Source: an uncultured Fibrobacterales bacterium
Lineage (GTDB): Bacteria; Fibrobacterota; Fibrobacteria; Fibrobacterales; CAWVXU01
Length of the DNA: 22,871 nucleotides
Direction of reading: 5' to 3'
Assembly (NCBI GenBank): GCA_963934255.1
Contig: CAWVXU010000039.1
Coordinates: forward strand, 1 to 22,871
Below, piece after piece: positions 1-8,762 of the stretch (the stretch's first letter is position 1; each line of letters starts with the position of its first letter). A program made the translations under genes and the position numbers. The notes under the pieces were generated by a model. It searched no databases, was not told where the DNA came from, and was given only the letters and a program-made list of their open reading frames with translations.

Positions 1-785
1 AAAAGAGCAGATAGTGAGTCAGTCATTATTAAAGGTGATAGAGGGATTTCCCATAGATTTGGATAGGATTTAAGTTCTTCCAAATCATTTGTAGGAAGAG
101 CGTCAAGTAAACTCATAGCAATTTTATGATCCCAACCTTCACCACCACCATCTTTAAGTTTAAATGGCCAGGAAAAGTTGGTTCCATCAATACTATCCTG
201 ATAACCATCTTCTAATGAAGTGTCATACAAGTAGCCTAGTTCACTTAAAACTTGAAAAAGACTATCATTGATTTCAAGTCGAGGAGCTCTAAAGCCATTA
301 AAGTCTTCTTCAGGGATACCCATTCCTTCGAATGGATAAGGTGCGGTATGCATTTTATGTGCCCTTGTAATAGTCGACCTCCATTGTTGGGTTGAAAACA
401 TAAACCCATTTAAACCGGCATTGTGATTCTCTGTGTGGTTGGCTATTTCATGGCCGATTTCTTTAGCTGCTCTCATGATATCCCAGTTGTATTTACTAGC
501 GAAACTATTTGAAATATTATACCAAACTGCAGGAATCATCTGACCATCATGGGTTTCGTTCTGTGAGTTTCCATTTGGGTTTGAATAAGAGCTCAAAGAG
601 TCAATCAGGAATTGAATATTGGTGGAAATATTATTGTCATCAAATGAAATCACTACAAACTGTGGCGAATTGGATATATCTAAATCACCCGGAGGCATTT
701 GTTTGGCTGAGTATTGCGCCCAGGTTATGGCGACAGAAATGGCTAAAATAATGCTCATCGATCTTAGTCTATTTTTTAACAACAC
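1..785 (-). CDS. Secreted polysaccharide (chitin-like) deacetylase, CE4/NodB family; 3' end runs off the window
   Basis: Not in the ORF track; translated by hand. GTG at 785 follows GAGAGG (791-796), with an alternative in-frame ATG at 758. The frame is open to the window edge: MLLKNRLRSMSIILAISVAITWA (signal-like), PQFVVISFDD (motif 1), GHEIANHTENH (metal-binding His pair), GFRAPRL, LGYLYDTS, WPF, LWEIP. Confidence 0.9.
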   Translation of the reverse strand, partial: MLLKNRLRSMSIILAISVAITWAQYSAKQMPPGDLDISNSPQFVVISFDDNNISTNIQFLIDSLSSYSNPNGNSQNETHDGQMIPAVWYNISNSFASKYNWDIMRAAKEIGHEIANHTENHNAGLNGFMFSTQQWRSTITRAHKMHTAPYPFEGMGIPEEDFNGFRAPRLEINDSLFQVLSELGYLYDTSLEDGYQDSIDGTNFSWPFKLKDGGGEGWDHKIAMSLLDALPTNDLEELKSYPNLWEIPLSPLIMTDSLSAL

Positions 786-1013
786 GAAAACCTCTCAATT
801 CTAGGTATAAACTATATCCGTATAGTCATTTCAACAAATATCTTGGCGCCAAAAGGTCAAATTTTGTACTCAAAGTGTGGCCGAATGTAAAGGATATGTC
901 ATACTCGGGTAATGTTTTACCCAATGACCGATAAATCCCCCCTTTGTGAAGCCCCACAAGCTGGAACCTTTTATGTTGGAGGTAAAGAAATCTTTACAAA
1001 AAGAGGCAATAAG

Positions 1014-2039
1014 ATGAAAATATTAACAAGTATTCTTACAGCAATGAGTTTTGTTCAAATTTGGGCAAAAGAAGTGAGTGTCGAATTCAAGCCAATTTCA
1101 AATAACAATACTCAAGTCTGTTTAGATATGAAGGAAATGAGTTTTTCAAGTAGTGATTCAATATCTCAAGATAAGGAGGTTTTAAGGGTGTTTCGGCGTT
1201 ACTTAGAATATTCGATTTCTCATGAGAAAGGATTTGAGCATAGCCAGACTCAGTGCACTCAAAAAGTGGTCGTCGAGTTATACCACACATCAGGGGCTTG
1301 GAGTGCTTTTGCGAGGTATAGTGGGACTAGCAGAGAGGAAATGGTAGATAGGCTTTATCCGACTGAAATCAAATCTTTTTCTGAAAGAATCATCCCCGCA
1401 CTTTTTCACAATAAGTCGCTCAAGTCTACTCTGAACCGCAATAACGTCATTGTTGCAGACTCATATAAGAAGAACAAAAAGGTCAAGGGAGAGAGCAACA
1501 TGAGTGTTGCTATCGGCGCAAGCCCTCGGGTGGGTCGTTTTCGAACAAAATCGGGTAATAGCCTGAAGTCCGAGCCGATCTTCTATACTGCTAATGTCAT
1601 TGAGCTTGGTTCAAAGTATCGATATGAAAATTGGACCGTGGCAGCAGTCATAGGTGGATCATTTAATCCGAACCTCAATAGTTTACTTTCAGAAGATAAA
1701 ACAGGTGAGGTGAGGTTTTCACATGAACTCGGACTTGGACTACACTTTATGTATTCACCCAATATTACTGGCCTTAAAGGAATTTACACTGGGGGTGGGG
1801 GGACATTTAATATGCAGACCTTTAAAGCTTTTGGTAAATATTCAGATCAGAACCTCTACGCTGGTGGAATGAATTTAGACATCTTATTGGGTTATGAAAT
1901 GTTTAGAGTTTCAAAGCTTGGTGTATTTATCCAATCTGAAATGAATCTGCCTACTTACATTGCTCAAGGTCGTAAAACGAGTGGCTATGTAAATACTTGG
2001 ACTCCTGGAGCAACCCTACTTGCGGGTGTCAATTTCTAA
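1014..2039 (+). CDS. Hypothetical outer-membrane protein: N-terminal two-Cys domain plus predicted C-terminal beta-barrel (paralog A)
   Basis: ATG 1014 follows AAGAGG (1001-1006) and gives the signal peptide MKILTSILTAMSFVQIWA. The C-terminal half is Gly/aromatic-rich with alternating strands and ends ATLLAGVNF (terminal Phe beta-signal). The ORF-track start at 912 is probably too long. Confidence 0.7.
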   Translation: MKILTSILTAMSFVQIWAKEVSVEFKPISNNNTQVCLDMKEMSFSSSDSISQDKEVLRVFRRYLEYSISHEKGFEHSQTQCTQKVVVELYHTSGAWSAFARYSGTSREEMVDRLYPTEIKSFSERIIPALFHNKSLKSTLNRNNVIVADSYKKNKKVKGESNMSVAIGASPRVGRFRTKSGNSLKSEPIFYTANVIELGSKYRYENWTVAAVIGGSFNPNLNSLLSEDKTGEVRFSHELGLGLHFMYSPNITGLKGIYTGGGGTFNMQTFKAFGKYSDQNLYAGGMNLDILLGYEMFRVSKLGVFIQSEMNLPTYIAQGRKTSGYVNTWTPGATLLAGVNF

Positions 2040-3004
2040 TGAACAATCAAAAAGATACCTTTAGTTCAAAGTGGCTTTTTGTGGTGTGGGTCATTTTATT
2101 TAATATGATTCTAGGAAATAGCTATGCTCTAGGCCCAAGGTCTTCTCTGAGTATGTTAAATTGCGTGACATTGCAGGCTCCCGAGACCATGACTGAACCT
2201 TTTCAGGAGAGGTTTGATTGGGCGGTTAAAGTCTTTGATTTGGTTGATTGGGAAGGGCCAGCTTGTGAACACAGTTTAATAGTTGAGCTGAAACCTATGA
2301 TGAATCGATGGTATTTACGATATCAACTCAATACTGAAAATGTTTTAACTCAAGACTATGCAACTTTAGATGAATGGATAAAACATTTATCGAGAGATTT
2401 GTATAAGCTGATGCCTAGTTTAAAGTCTAAAGCTTATCATAGTCGGTCTCATGTTGATATTCATCCTTGGCAGTTGATTCAAACTGATGCGGTCAGATAT
2501 TATGAAGTGAGTTTATTCACTAAGCAATTTCGCATGCCTAGTTCCTTTCAAGAAATTCATGGATTAGAAATTGGATTTGCCAAGACACTTGGAGCTTGGC
2601 AATCTTCGGCGCTCCTTGGATTTGGAGTTGCTCCTCAAGGTTTGAGTAATCAATTAGCAGTGGCTACTGAGGTGCGAGTCCAAGGGGGAGTTCATCTTGA
2701 GTTAAATATTGAAAAGTCCTTGCATCCTGAGGGGTTAAATAGTGCATTTATTGGGACGGGTGTCGCCCTAGATGGAGTGATGATTGATGTTCCAAATAAG
2801 TGGCGCGGAGGTGGACTCAGTGTTATCCCGGAACTGTTACTGACAAGTGGGTGGCGATTCTTCAGAGCAAGTGATGTTGATTATGGTTTCAGTGGAGGAA
2901 TTTATTTGCCATTGACTCTATTAGAATTTTTAGATGTGGATCAAAAAAGACTGATAAGTATCTATCCGGTGAGTATGAAATTAAAATTAGAGGTAGGCTT
3001 TTAG
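2039..3004 (+). CDS. Hypothetical outer-membrane protein, predicted beta-barrel (paralog B)
   Basis: ATG 2039 overlaps the upstream stop (TAATG). Signal-like KWLFVVWVILFNMILGNSYA; ends MKLKLEVGF (beta-signal); shares spaced motifs with the upstream ORF. Confidence 0.7.
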   Translation: MNNQKDTFSSKWLFVVWVILFNMILGNSYALGPRSSLSMLNCVTLQAPETMTEPFQERFDWAVKVFDLVDWEGPACEHSLIVELKPMMNRWYLRYQLNTENVLTQDYATLDEWIKHLSRDLYKLMPSLKSKAYHSRSHVDIHPWQLIQTDAVRYYEVSLFTKQFRMPSSFQEIHGLEIGFAKTLGAWQSSALLGFGVAPQGLSNQLAVATEVRVQGGVHLELNIEKSLHPEGLNSAFIGTGVALDGVMIDVPNKWRGGGLSVIPELLLTSGWRFFRASDVDYGFSGGIYLPLTLLEFLDVDQKRLISIYPVSMKLKLEVGF

Positions 3005-3023
3005 TCAAGGCTGGTGTATTATT

Positions 3024-3329
3024 CTAGGGTGCTGTAGGCCTTTTTTTAAATGTATCCATGATGATAATTAATGCCATAAATAAATATGATAAATACATGA
3101 CTACACCAGAGACAATCATAAGAAAAGAAAAATGAGGGTGAATGTATCGAATTGCCATCAGAGAGCTAAAGGTCAATATGGTGGGGATAAAAGATTCAAG
3201 GACTATTGCCATTTTAAGGCGATTATATATCCTAGAATTAAACAAGAATACTCCGCCAATACAAACAAAAATAATGGCGAAAATAGTAACAGGCGAGTGG
3301 TTTTTGTTTATAGAGTATATGCATAACAT
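3024..3329 (-). CDS. Small hydrophobic membrane protein (about 3 TM), possibly a 5'-truncated remnant
   Basis: Three hydrophobic segments: TIFAIIFVCIGGVFLF, IVLESFIPTILTFSSLMAI, FLMIVSGVVMYLSYLFMALIIIM. ATG 3329 has GGAG 5 nt upstream (alternative GTG 3335), and an in-frame TGA lies just upstream. Confidence 0.5.
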   Translation of the reverse strand: MLCIYSINKNHSPVTIFAIIFVCIGGVFLFNSRIYNRLKMAIVLESFIPTILTFSSLMAIRYIHPHFSFLMIVSGVVMYLSYLFMALIIIMDTFKKRPTAP

Positions 3330-3450
3330 TTTCACTCCAAATCAAGACAGAGCCTTAGTTAAGATAAAAGCACAATTTATTTAATAGTATTGATCTACGC
3401 ACTTCAAAGTGAAATCTTTATTTTAAGGATAATTGTGTGAGTATGAGACG

Positions 3451-3482
3451 AAAAAAGGTAGACCTGAATTAGATCTACCTTA
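3451..3482 (-). terminator. Rho-independent terminator after fabV
   Basis: Minus strand AAGGTAGATCT-AATTC-AGGTCTACCTT (11-bp stem with one G-U pair) followed by a T run, about 60 nt past the fabV stop. Confidence 0.8.
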
Positions 3483-3518
3483 ATGTATGCATTATGAATG
3501 AATTATTTCGCTCTTAAA

Positions 3519-3542
3519 CCATTAAGCCATTAAGCCATTAAG
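3519..3542. repeat. Perfect 8-bp tandem repeat (CCATTAAG)x3
   Basis: Copies at 3519-3526, 3527-3534 and 3535-3542, abutting the fabV stop codon. Confidence 0.9.
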
Positions 3543-4757
3543 TTATTCCGCAGGTAGAGAGACTAAACCTTTAATAGGGACGTCATGCTCAATGTCGGCA
3601 TCATAATCGACACTTTCAAACCCAAATCCAAATAGGGCTAAAAATTCCATATGATAACCATCAAAGTCAGCGTTTTGTTTGAAATTTTCCGTTTCAATTA
3701 AAGGCCATATGGATTTAACTTCATCTTGAATATCATCGCGAAGCTCCCAGTCGTCGACACGAATACGCCCAACTTTATCTACTGGAACAACCCCATCTGT
3801 CGTGTATAAGCGTTCACGGTAGAGGCGGTCGATTTGCTCGATACAACCTTCGTGTACATTTTTTTGTTTCATTACTTTATAGAGTATCGAGATATAAAGC
3901 GGGATGACTGGTATTGCAGATGATGATTGAGTCACAAGTGCTTTATTGACTGAAACAAAGGCACGGCCTTTAAAGTTGGTAGCCATCCATTTGTCTAATT
4001 CAAGGCCAGTGTCTTCAAGGTGACGTTTGGCTGCACCAATTGTGCCATTGGCATAAATTGGTTGAGTCACTTCAGGGCCAATGTATGAGTATGCTACTGT
4101 ACTTGCACCTTGAGCTAAAACACCGGCTTCAGAAAGTGCATCCATCCACATTTTCCAATCCTCACCACCCATGACAGTGACTGTGTTGTCAATCTCGTCT
4201 TGCGAAGCTGGTAGAAGTTCAATTTGTGAAATTTCACCTGTGTTGGAATTGACTGTCTTGTTGCGGTAAGCTTCAAGTCGTGGTTTAAGAGTTGAGGAAT
4301 GAGCAATGCCCGTTTTGGGGTGCGTGCGACGAGGAGATGCAAGTGAGTAAACAACTAAATCAACTTGGCCCATATCTTCTTTGATTGTCTTAATTGCGAG
4401 TTGTTTAATGCCATCTGAAAATGCATCACCGTTAATGCTTTTAGCATATCTTCCTTCAGCGGCGGCTGCGTCTTCGAATGCACAAGTTTGATACCAGCCA
4501 GCACTTGCAGGTTTGTTACCCTTAGGTGGCTTTTCGAAAAAGACACCTAAAGTGTCAGCACCACAAGTGAAGGTTGAGCTAATGCGTGAAGCAAATCCGA
4601 AGCCTTGTGAGGCACCAATTACGAGCACCTTTTTCGCACCCCCAGAAATTTGACCATTATTCTTGACATAATCAATTTGGCGTTGAACGTTCGCAGCACA
4701 TCCTACAGGGTGTGCAGTTGTGCAAATAAATCCACGAATTTTCGGGTGTATAACCAT
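3543..4757 (-). CDS. fabV: Enoyl-ACP reductase FabV / trans-2-enoyl-CoA reductase
   Basis: MVIHPKIRGFICTTAHPVGC, VLVIGASQGFG, YSLASPRR, VMGGEDW, YSYIGP, catalytic Y-x8-K (YANGTIGAAK), HEGCIEQ, C-terminal FGFGF. ATG 4757 follows a GAGGAC RBS. Confidence 0.96.
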   Translation of the reverse strand: MVIHPKIRGFICTTAHPVGCAANVQRQIDYVKNNGQISGGAKKVLVIGASQGFGFASRISSTFTCGADTLGVFFEKPPKGNKPASAGWYQTCAFEDAAAAEGRYAKSINGDAFSDGIKQLAIKTIKEDMGQVDLVVYSLASPRRTHPKTGIAHSSTLKPRLEAYRNKTVNSNTGEISQIELLPASQDEIDNTVTVMGGEDWKMWMDALSEAGVLAQGASTVAYSYIGPEVTQPIYANGTIGAAKRHLEDTGLELDKWMATNFKGRAFVSVNKALVTQSSSAIPVIPLYISILYKVMKQKNVHEGCIEQIDRLYRERLYTTDGVVPVDKVGRIRVDDWELRDDIQDEVKSIWPLIETENFKQNADFDGYHMEFLALFGFGFESVDYDADIEHDVPIKGLVSLPAE

Positions 4758-4803
4758 TATTGTCCTCAACCTTAGCAGAATAAAATCCTATAACTTATAA
4801 AAT

Positions 4804-4837
4804 AAAAAATTCCCCCTATCAAAGAGGGAGAACTTTT
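4804..4837 (-). terminator. Rho-independent terminator after the dksA-family gene
   Basis: Minus strand AAAAGTTCTCCCT-CTTTGAT-AGGGGGAATTTTT (13-bp stem including G-U pairs) ending in a T run. Confidence 0.75.
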
Positions 4838-4890
4838 ATCTAAATGCTTATTTAAGGCATTTCTGTTCTCAATACCGCAAATAAGGAGCG

Positions 4891-5346
4891 TTAATGGCGA
4901 ACTTGAGCTTGAGCTTTGAGTGCTGCACGGGCCGTAGCTCGTTCAAGTGCTTGAGACTCCTTGGCTTTTACTTGTTGCTTACAATCCACACAACGGGTTG
5001 CTGTTGGTACATGCTCAAGACGTAGCTTGGGGATCAATACTTGACATGACTTACAAATGCCATAAGTTCCCTTGTCTATGCGATCTAGCGCTTCTTCAAG
5101 ATAGACGAGGTATTTGCCTTCGCGTTCGGCGAGTTCAAAGTTGGTCTCTAGGGTATTGATGTCCGAAGCATTGTCAGCCATGTGATTTGAAAGCCCAGAA
5201 GTATCAGCAGCTTCTTTGGTTCCACCACTAAACAAACTAGTGGCCTCAGAGTTACTCAACTCTTCGATTAGCTTTGTTTTTTTGGTTGTAATCATTGCTT
5301 TGAATGCTTCTAATTCTTTTTTACTGTATTTCTTTTTTGTAGGCAT
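4891..5346 (-). CDS. dksA: TraR/DksA family C4 zinc-finger transcription factor
   Basis: Coiled-coil with tip NHMADNASD; ALDRIDKGTYGICKSC-x17-CVDC zinc finger; strong RBS AGAGGAGG; directly downstream of ileS. Confidence 0.88.
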   Translation of the reverse strand: MPTKKKYSKKELEAFKAMITTKKTKLIEELSNSEATSLFSGGTKEAADTSGLSNHMADNASDINTLETNFELAEREGKYLVYLEEALDRIDKGTYGICKSCQVLIPKLRLEHVPTATRCVDCKQQVKAKESQALERATARAALKAQAQVRH

Positions 5347-5448
5347 AAATCCTCCTCTGTAACAGGATTAGTAAAACCGTTTATTTCACTAATCTATACT
5401 CATTTTTGTGGATGCAAAGAAAAATTTTACATCGAATCTATTTTTTGC

Positions 5449-8400
5449 TTAAACCTTGGTAATATTGAAGGAAATAGCTTCATCATTGAGGCTAGTTTCA
5501 ACAATTGCTCCTAATTTATGCTCTGGTTGGCCATATTGGAAATCAAACGTTTGTGTCTCTCGGGTCACGTATTCTAGGTGAGTTTCTAAAGATGTCTGTA
5601 CTTTGGTACTACCTGTCTTTAAAACGACCTTAATTTTATCTGACACTTCAAATTTCTGAGATTTGCGTGTTGTTTGGATGCGATTGACAAGCTCTCGTGC
5701 TAGGCATTCCAATTCCAATACTTCAGATATCTTAGTATCAAGAGCGATTGTGAATTGGTCACTAGCTTCGACTACCATGCCTGGTTTAACGGCACGTTGA
5801 AGAATAATCTCAGCAAATTCAACTTCACCGACAGAAGTCATGATTGTCTCACCCTTTTGTAAAGCTTTGACTTGGTCGCCAGAAAATTTGGCGATTTCAC
5901 CTGCGGCAACTTTCATCTCTTTACCAAATTTCTTACCCAAAAGTTTAAAGTTGGCTTTAGCTGATAGCTCTACCAAATCTGACTCTTCGGCTGCAAATAA
6001 TAGTTCTTTGATATTGAGCTCATCCAGGACAAGAGCTTTCATACGCTCGATGAGTTCTTTGTCGTCATTTGATCTGACTACCACAGTAATACTTTGAAGC
6101 GGTTGACGAGTTTTTAATTCATTTTTGGCACGAAGTGAGCGGCCCATGTTGATTAATTCACGAACCAGTGACATCTGATGTACAAGCTCTGAATCTTGAA
6201 GTCTCGGGTCAGGCTTAGGAAAGTCCACTAGATGAACGGAACATTCTACCTGGTCTTTATCAGTGACTTCACGCACCAAAATTTGATACATCTCTTCAGC
6301 GAAAAATGGTAGGAATGGAGCAAGTACTTTTGATAGAGTTGCCATGACTTCATATAATGTTGCGTAGGCTTGATTCTTATCATCGTCATCAGTTGATTTC
6401 CAAAAACGCTCTTTAGAACGACGGATATACCAATTGGTTAGACTGTCTACAAACTCAAGTATGGCGGGCACCACGTTATATAAACGGAATGCTTCCATCT
6501 CAGCTTCAATGTTTTTCAGTAAATCTTGTTGAACAGCAATGATCCATCGGTCAAGCTCGACATCACTTTTAATTAGCTGCCCTGGTCTCCAAGAAAGTTG
6601 ATCTTTAGAGGCGTCTAGGTTTGCGTAGTCAACAAGCAGACTCAGTGAGTTCCATAAAGGAAGCAATACTGATTTGACAATTTCTCGAACACCATCTTCT
6701 GAAAATTTTAATTCAGATGCCCGAACTGCTGGCGAGTTAATCATAAACAAACGAATCGCATCAGCACCGGTGCGGTCAATCAGGATGTTAGGGTCAGGAT
6801 AGTTGCGAAGAGATTTAGACATTTTGTTGCCATCTTCAGCTAATATAATCCCATTGACAATCACGTTTTTGAAGGCAGGTTTTTGAAAAATTGCAGCAGA
6901 AAGTATGGTCAAAGTATAGAACCAACCTCGGGTCTGATCTAGACCTTCAGCAATAAAATCGGCCGGGAAGTTTTTTTCAACATATTCTTTGTTTTCAAAC
7001 GGATAATGATTTTGAGCATAGGGCATGGCGCCGGATTCAAACCAACAGTCAAATACTTCCGGTGTGCGCTTAAATTCTTTGCCGTTGGGGTCAAAAGTTT
7101 TGCCATCTGAAGTGCGAACAGAAAGTTCATCTACCACATGCATATGCAGATCAGGAATTTCACTGCCTGTTAAAGCTTCGAGTTCAGCTTGTGATCCCAC
7201 ACAGATCACTTCACCGTCTTCTGCCATCCATATGGGTAATGGTGTTCCCCAGAAACGATTTCGTGATAAATTCCAATCGCGAGCGTTGTCTAGCCACTTG
7301 CCAAATCGTCCATCTTTAATGTGAGAAGGTACCCAGTTGATTTCCTGATTATTATCAATCATCCATTGTTTCAGTGTTTTGGTGACACCTTGATCGTTAG
7401 TGATTTCCTTTTCTAGAGTCAAAAACCAAGTCTTGACTGCGCGGTAAATGAGAGGTACGCCGGTTCTGTAACAGTGTGGGTATGAGTGAACGAAGGTTTC
7501 GTGACGGTAGACTTTAGCCTCTGACTTGAGTAGAGTCATAATGTCCTTGTCGGCCTCTTTGGCGCCCATTCCTTTCCAATTTGGAACCTGATCAGTAAAA
7601 CGACCATCTTCGTCTAAAGGGTCATAAAGCCCGAGATTGTATTCTTCACCAAGGATAAAGTCATCTTCCCCAAAAGATGGAGCAATATGGACAATACCAG
7701 TACCATTTTCAGTGCTGACAAATTGAGCTGCATAAACTTGAAAACGATTGGCGTGCTCTGCTAGGTCACCTTGTTCTTCAGTCATGAAGTTCATTAGTGG
7801 GGTGTATTTGAGACCCACAAGGTCTTTGCCTAGTGCTCTTTTGAGGATCTCTGGAATTTCCTTGAAATAGGAGGACAGGCGACTTTCGGCAATCCAAACT
7901 TTACCCATGTTATCTACATCACTCTGAACGAGAACGTAGTCAATCTTGGGCCCTACAGCCACAGCCATGTTGGATGGAAGTGTCCAAGGAGTCGTGGTCC
8001 AGACGATGAAACTCTCATCAGTACCCTCAATTGCAAAGCGAACAGTCAGTGAAGGGTCTTGACGATCTTTATAACCTTGATTGGTTTCAAAATTTGAAAG
8101 AGGAGTTGCAAGAGCTGGTGAGTAAGGTTGAATTCTATAGCCTTGATAGATCAGATTTTTTTTAAAACACTGCTGAAACACCCACCAAACAGATTCCATG
8201 TAAGACTTGTCCATAGTCTTATATCCGTTATCAAAATCAACCCAGCGGCCCATTTTTTTCACGGTTTCTTCCCATTCAGATGTATAGCGAAGTACAGATG
8301 AGCGACAGGCTTCGTTAAAATTATCAATACCATGATCAATGATTTCAGATACGCCTGAAAGTCCAAGTTCATTTTGAATCAATGATTCGATAGGGAGGCC

Positions 8401-8673
8401 ATGACAATCCCAACCAAAACGACGCGGAACATGCTTGCCTTTCATGGACCAATATCTTGGAATAATATCTTTAATTGTCCCGGCAAGCAAATGACCATAA
8501 TGAGGCAGACCAGTTGCAAAAGGAGGCCCATCGTAGAATACGAATGAGTCGTCTTCGTTTTTACTTGAAATCGACTTTTCAAATGGCTTGTCTTGATCCC
8601 AAAGATCAAGGACTTCTTTCTCTAGTTCTGGGAAAGTTTTGCTTTTATCAAATGAACGAAACAATGAGCTCAT
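5449..8673 (-). CDS. ileS: Isoleucine--tRNA ligase, type 2 (IleRS2)
   Basis: FYDGPPFATGLPHYGH (HIGH motif), GWDCHGLP, WTTTPWTLPSN, GTGIVHIAP, DWNLSRNRFWGTP, EGLDQTRGWFY, KMSKS; no C-terminal Cys zinc motif. ATG 8673 follows AGGAG; the ORF-track start at 8799 overlaps punA. Confidence 0.97.
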   Translation of the reverse strand: MSSLFRSFDKSKTFPELEKEVLDLWDQDKPFEKSISSKNEDDSFVFYDGPPFATGLPHYGHLLAGTIKDIIPRYWSMKGKHVPRRFGWDCHGLPIESLIQNELGLSGVSEIIDHGIDNFNEACRSSVLRYTSEWEETVKKMGRWVDFDNGYKTMDKSYMESVWWVFQQCFKKNLIYQGYRIQPYSPALATPLSNFETNQGYKDRQDPSLTVRFAIEGTDESFIVWTTTPWTLPSNMAVAVGPKIDYVLVQSDVDNMGKVWIAESRLSSYFKEIPEILKRALGKDLVGLKYTPLMNFMTEEQGDLAEHANRFQVYAAQFVSTENGTGIVHIAPSFGEDDFILGEEYNLGLYDPLDEDGRFTDQVPNWKGMGAKEADKDIMTLLKSEAKVYRHETFVHSYPHCYRTGVPLIYRAVKTWFLTLEKEITNDQGVTKTLKQWMIDNNQEINWVPSHIKDGRFGKWLDNARDWNLSRNRFWGTPLPIWMAEDGEVICVGSQAELEALTGSEIPDLHMHVVDELSVRTSDGKTFDPNGKEFKRTPEVFDCWFESGAMPYAQNHYPFENKEYVEKNFPADFIAEGLDQTRGWFYTLTILSAAIFQKPAFKNVIVNGIILAEDGNKMSKSLRNYPDPNILIDRTGADAIRLFMINSPAVRASELKFSEDGVREIVKSVLLPLWNSLSLLVDYANLDASKDQLSWRPGQLIKSDVELDRWIIAVQQDLLKNIEAEMEAFRLYNVVPAILEFVDSLTNWYIRRSKERFWKSTDDDDKNQAYATLYEVMATLSKVLAPFLPFFAEEMYQILVREVTDKDQVECSVHLVDFPKPDPRLQDSELVHQMSLVRELINMGRSLRAKNELKTRQPLQSITVVVRSNDDKELIERMKALVLDELNIKELLFAAEESDLVELSAKANFKLLGKKFGKEMKVAAGEIAKFSGDQVKALQKGETIMTSVGEVEFAEIILQRAVKPGMVVEASDQFTIALDTKISEVLELECLARELVNRIQTTRKSQKFEVSDKIKVVLKTGSTKVQTSLETHLEYVTRETQTFDFQYGQPEHKLGAIVETSLNDEAISFNITKV

Positions 8674-8762
8674 GGAGGCTCCTAAATTAAAAAATGAGGA
8701 CGCGCTAAAATTAACAAAACCTAAGGCAGATATTTGTATTAAATTCGATTGATTCTTTGGTA

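Noticed and set aside
509..804. Plus-strand ORFs 509..751 and 619..804
   Set aside because: They are antisense shadows of the CE4 deacetylase, which has clear motifs on the minus strand.
944..959. TTGTGAAGCCCCACAA as a CRP site
   Set aside because: Two bases too short for the 16-bp CRP core; treated as a hairpin instead.
912..1013. 34-aa N-terminal extension of the first barrel ORF
   Set aside because: The RBS and signal peptide fit ATG 1014; the upstream ATG sits inside a palindrome with no RBS.
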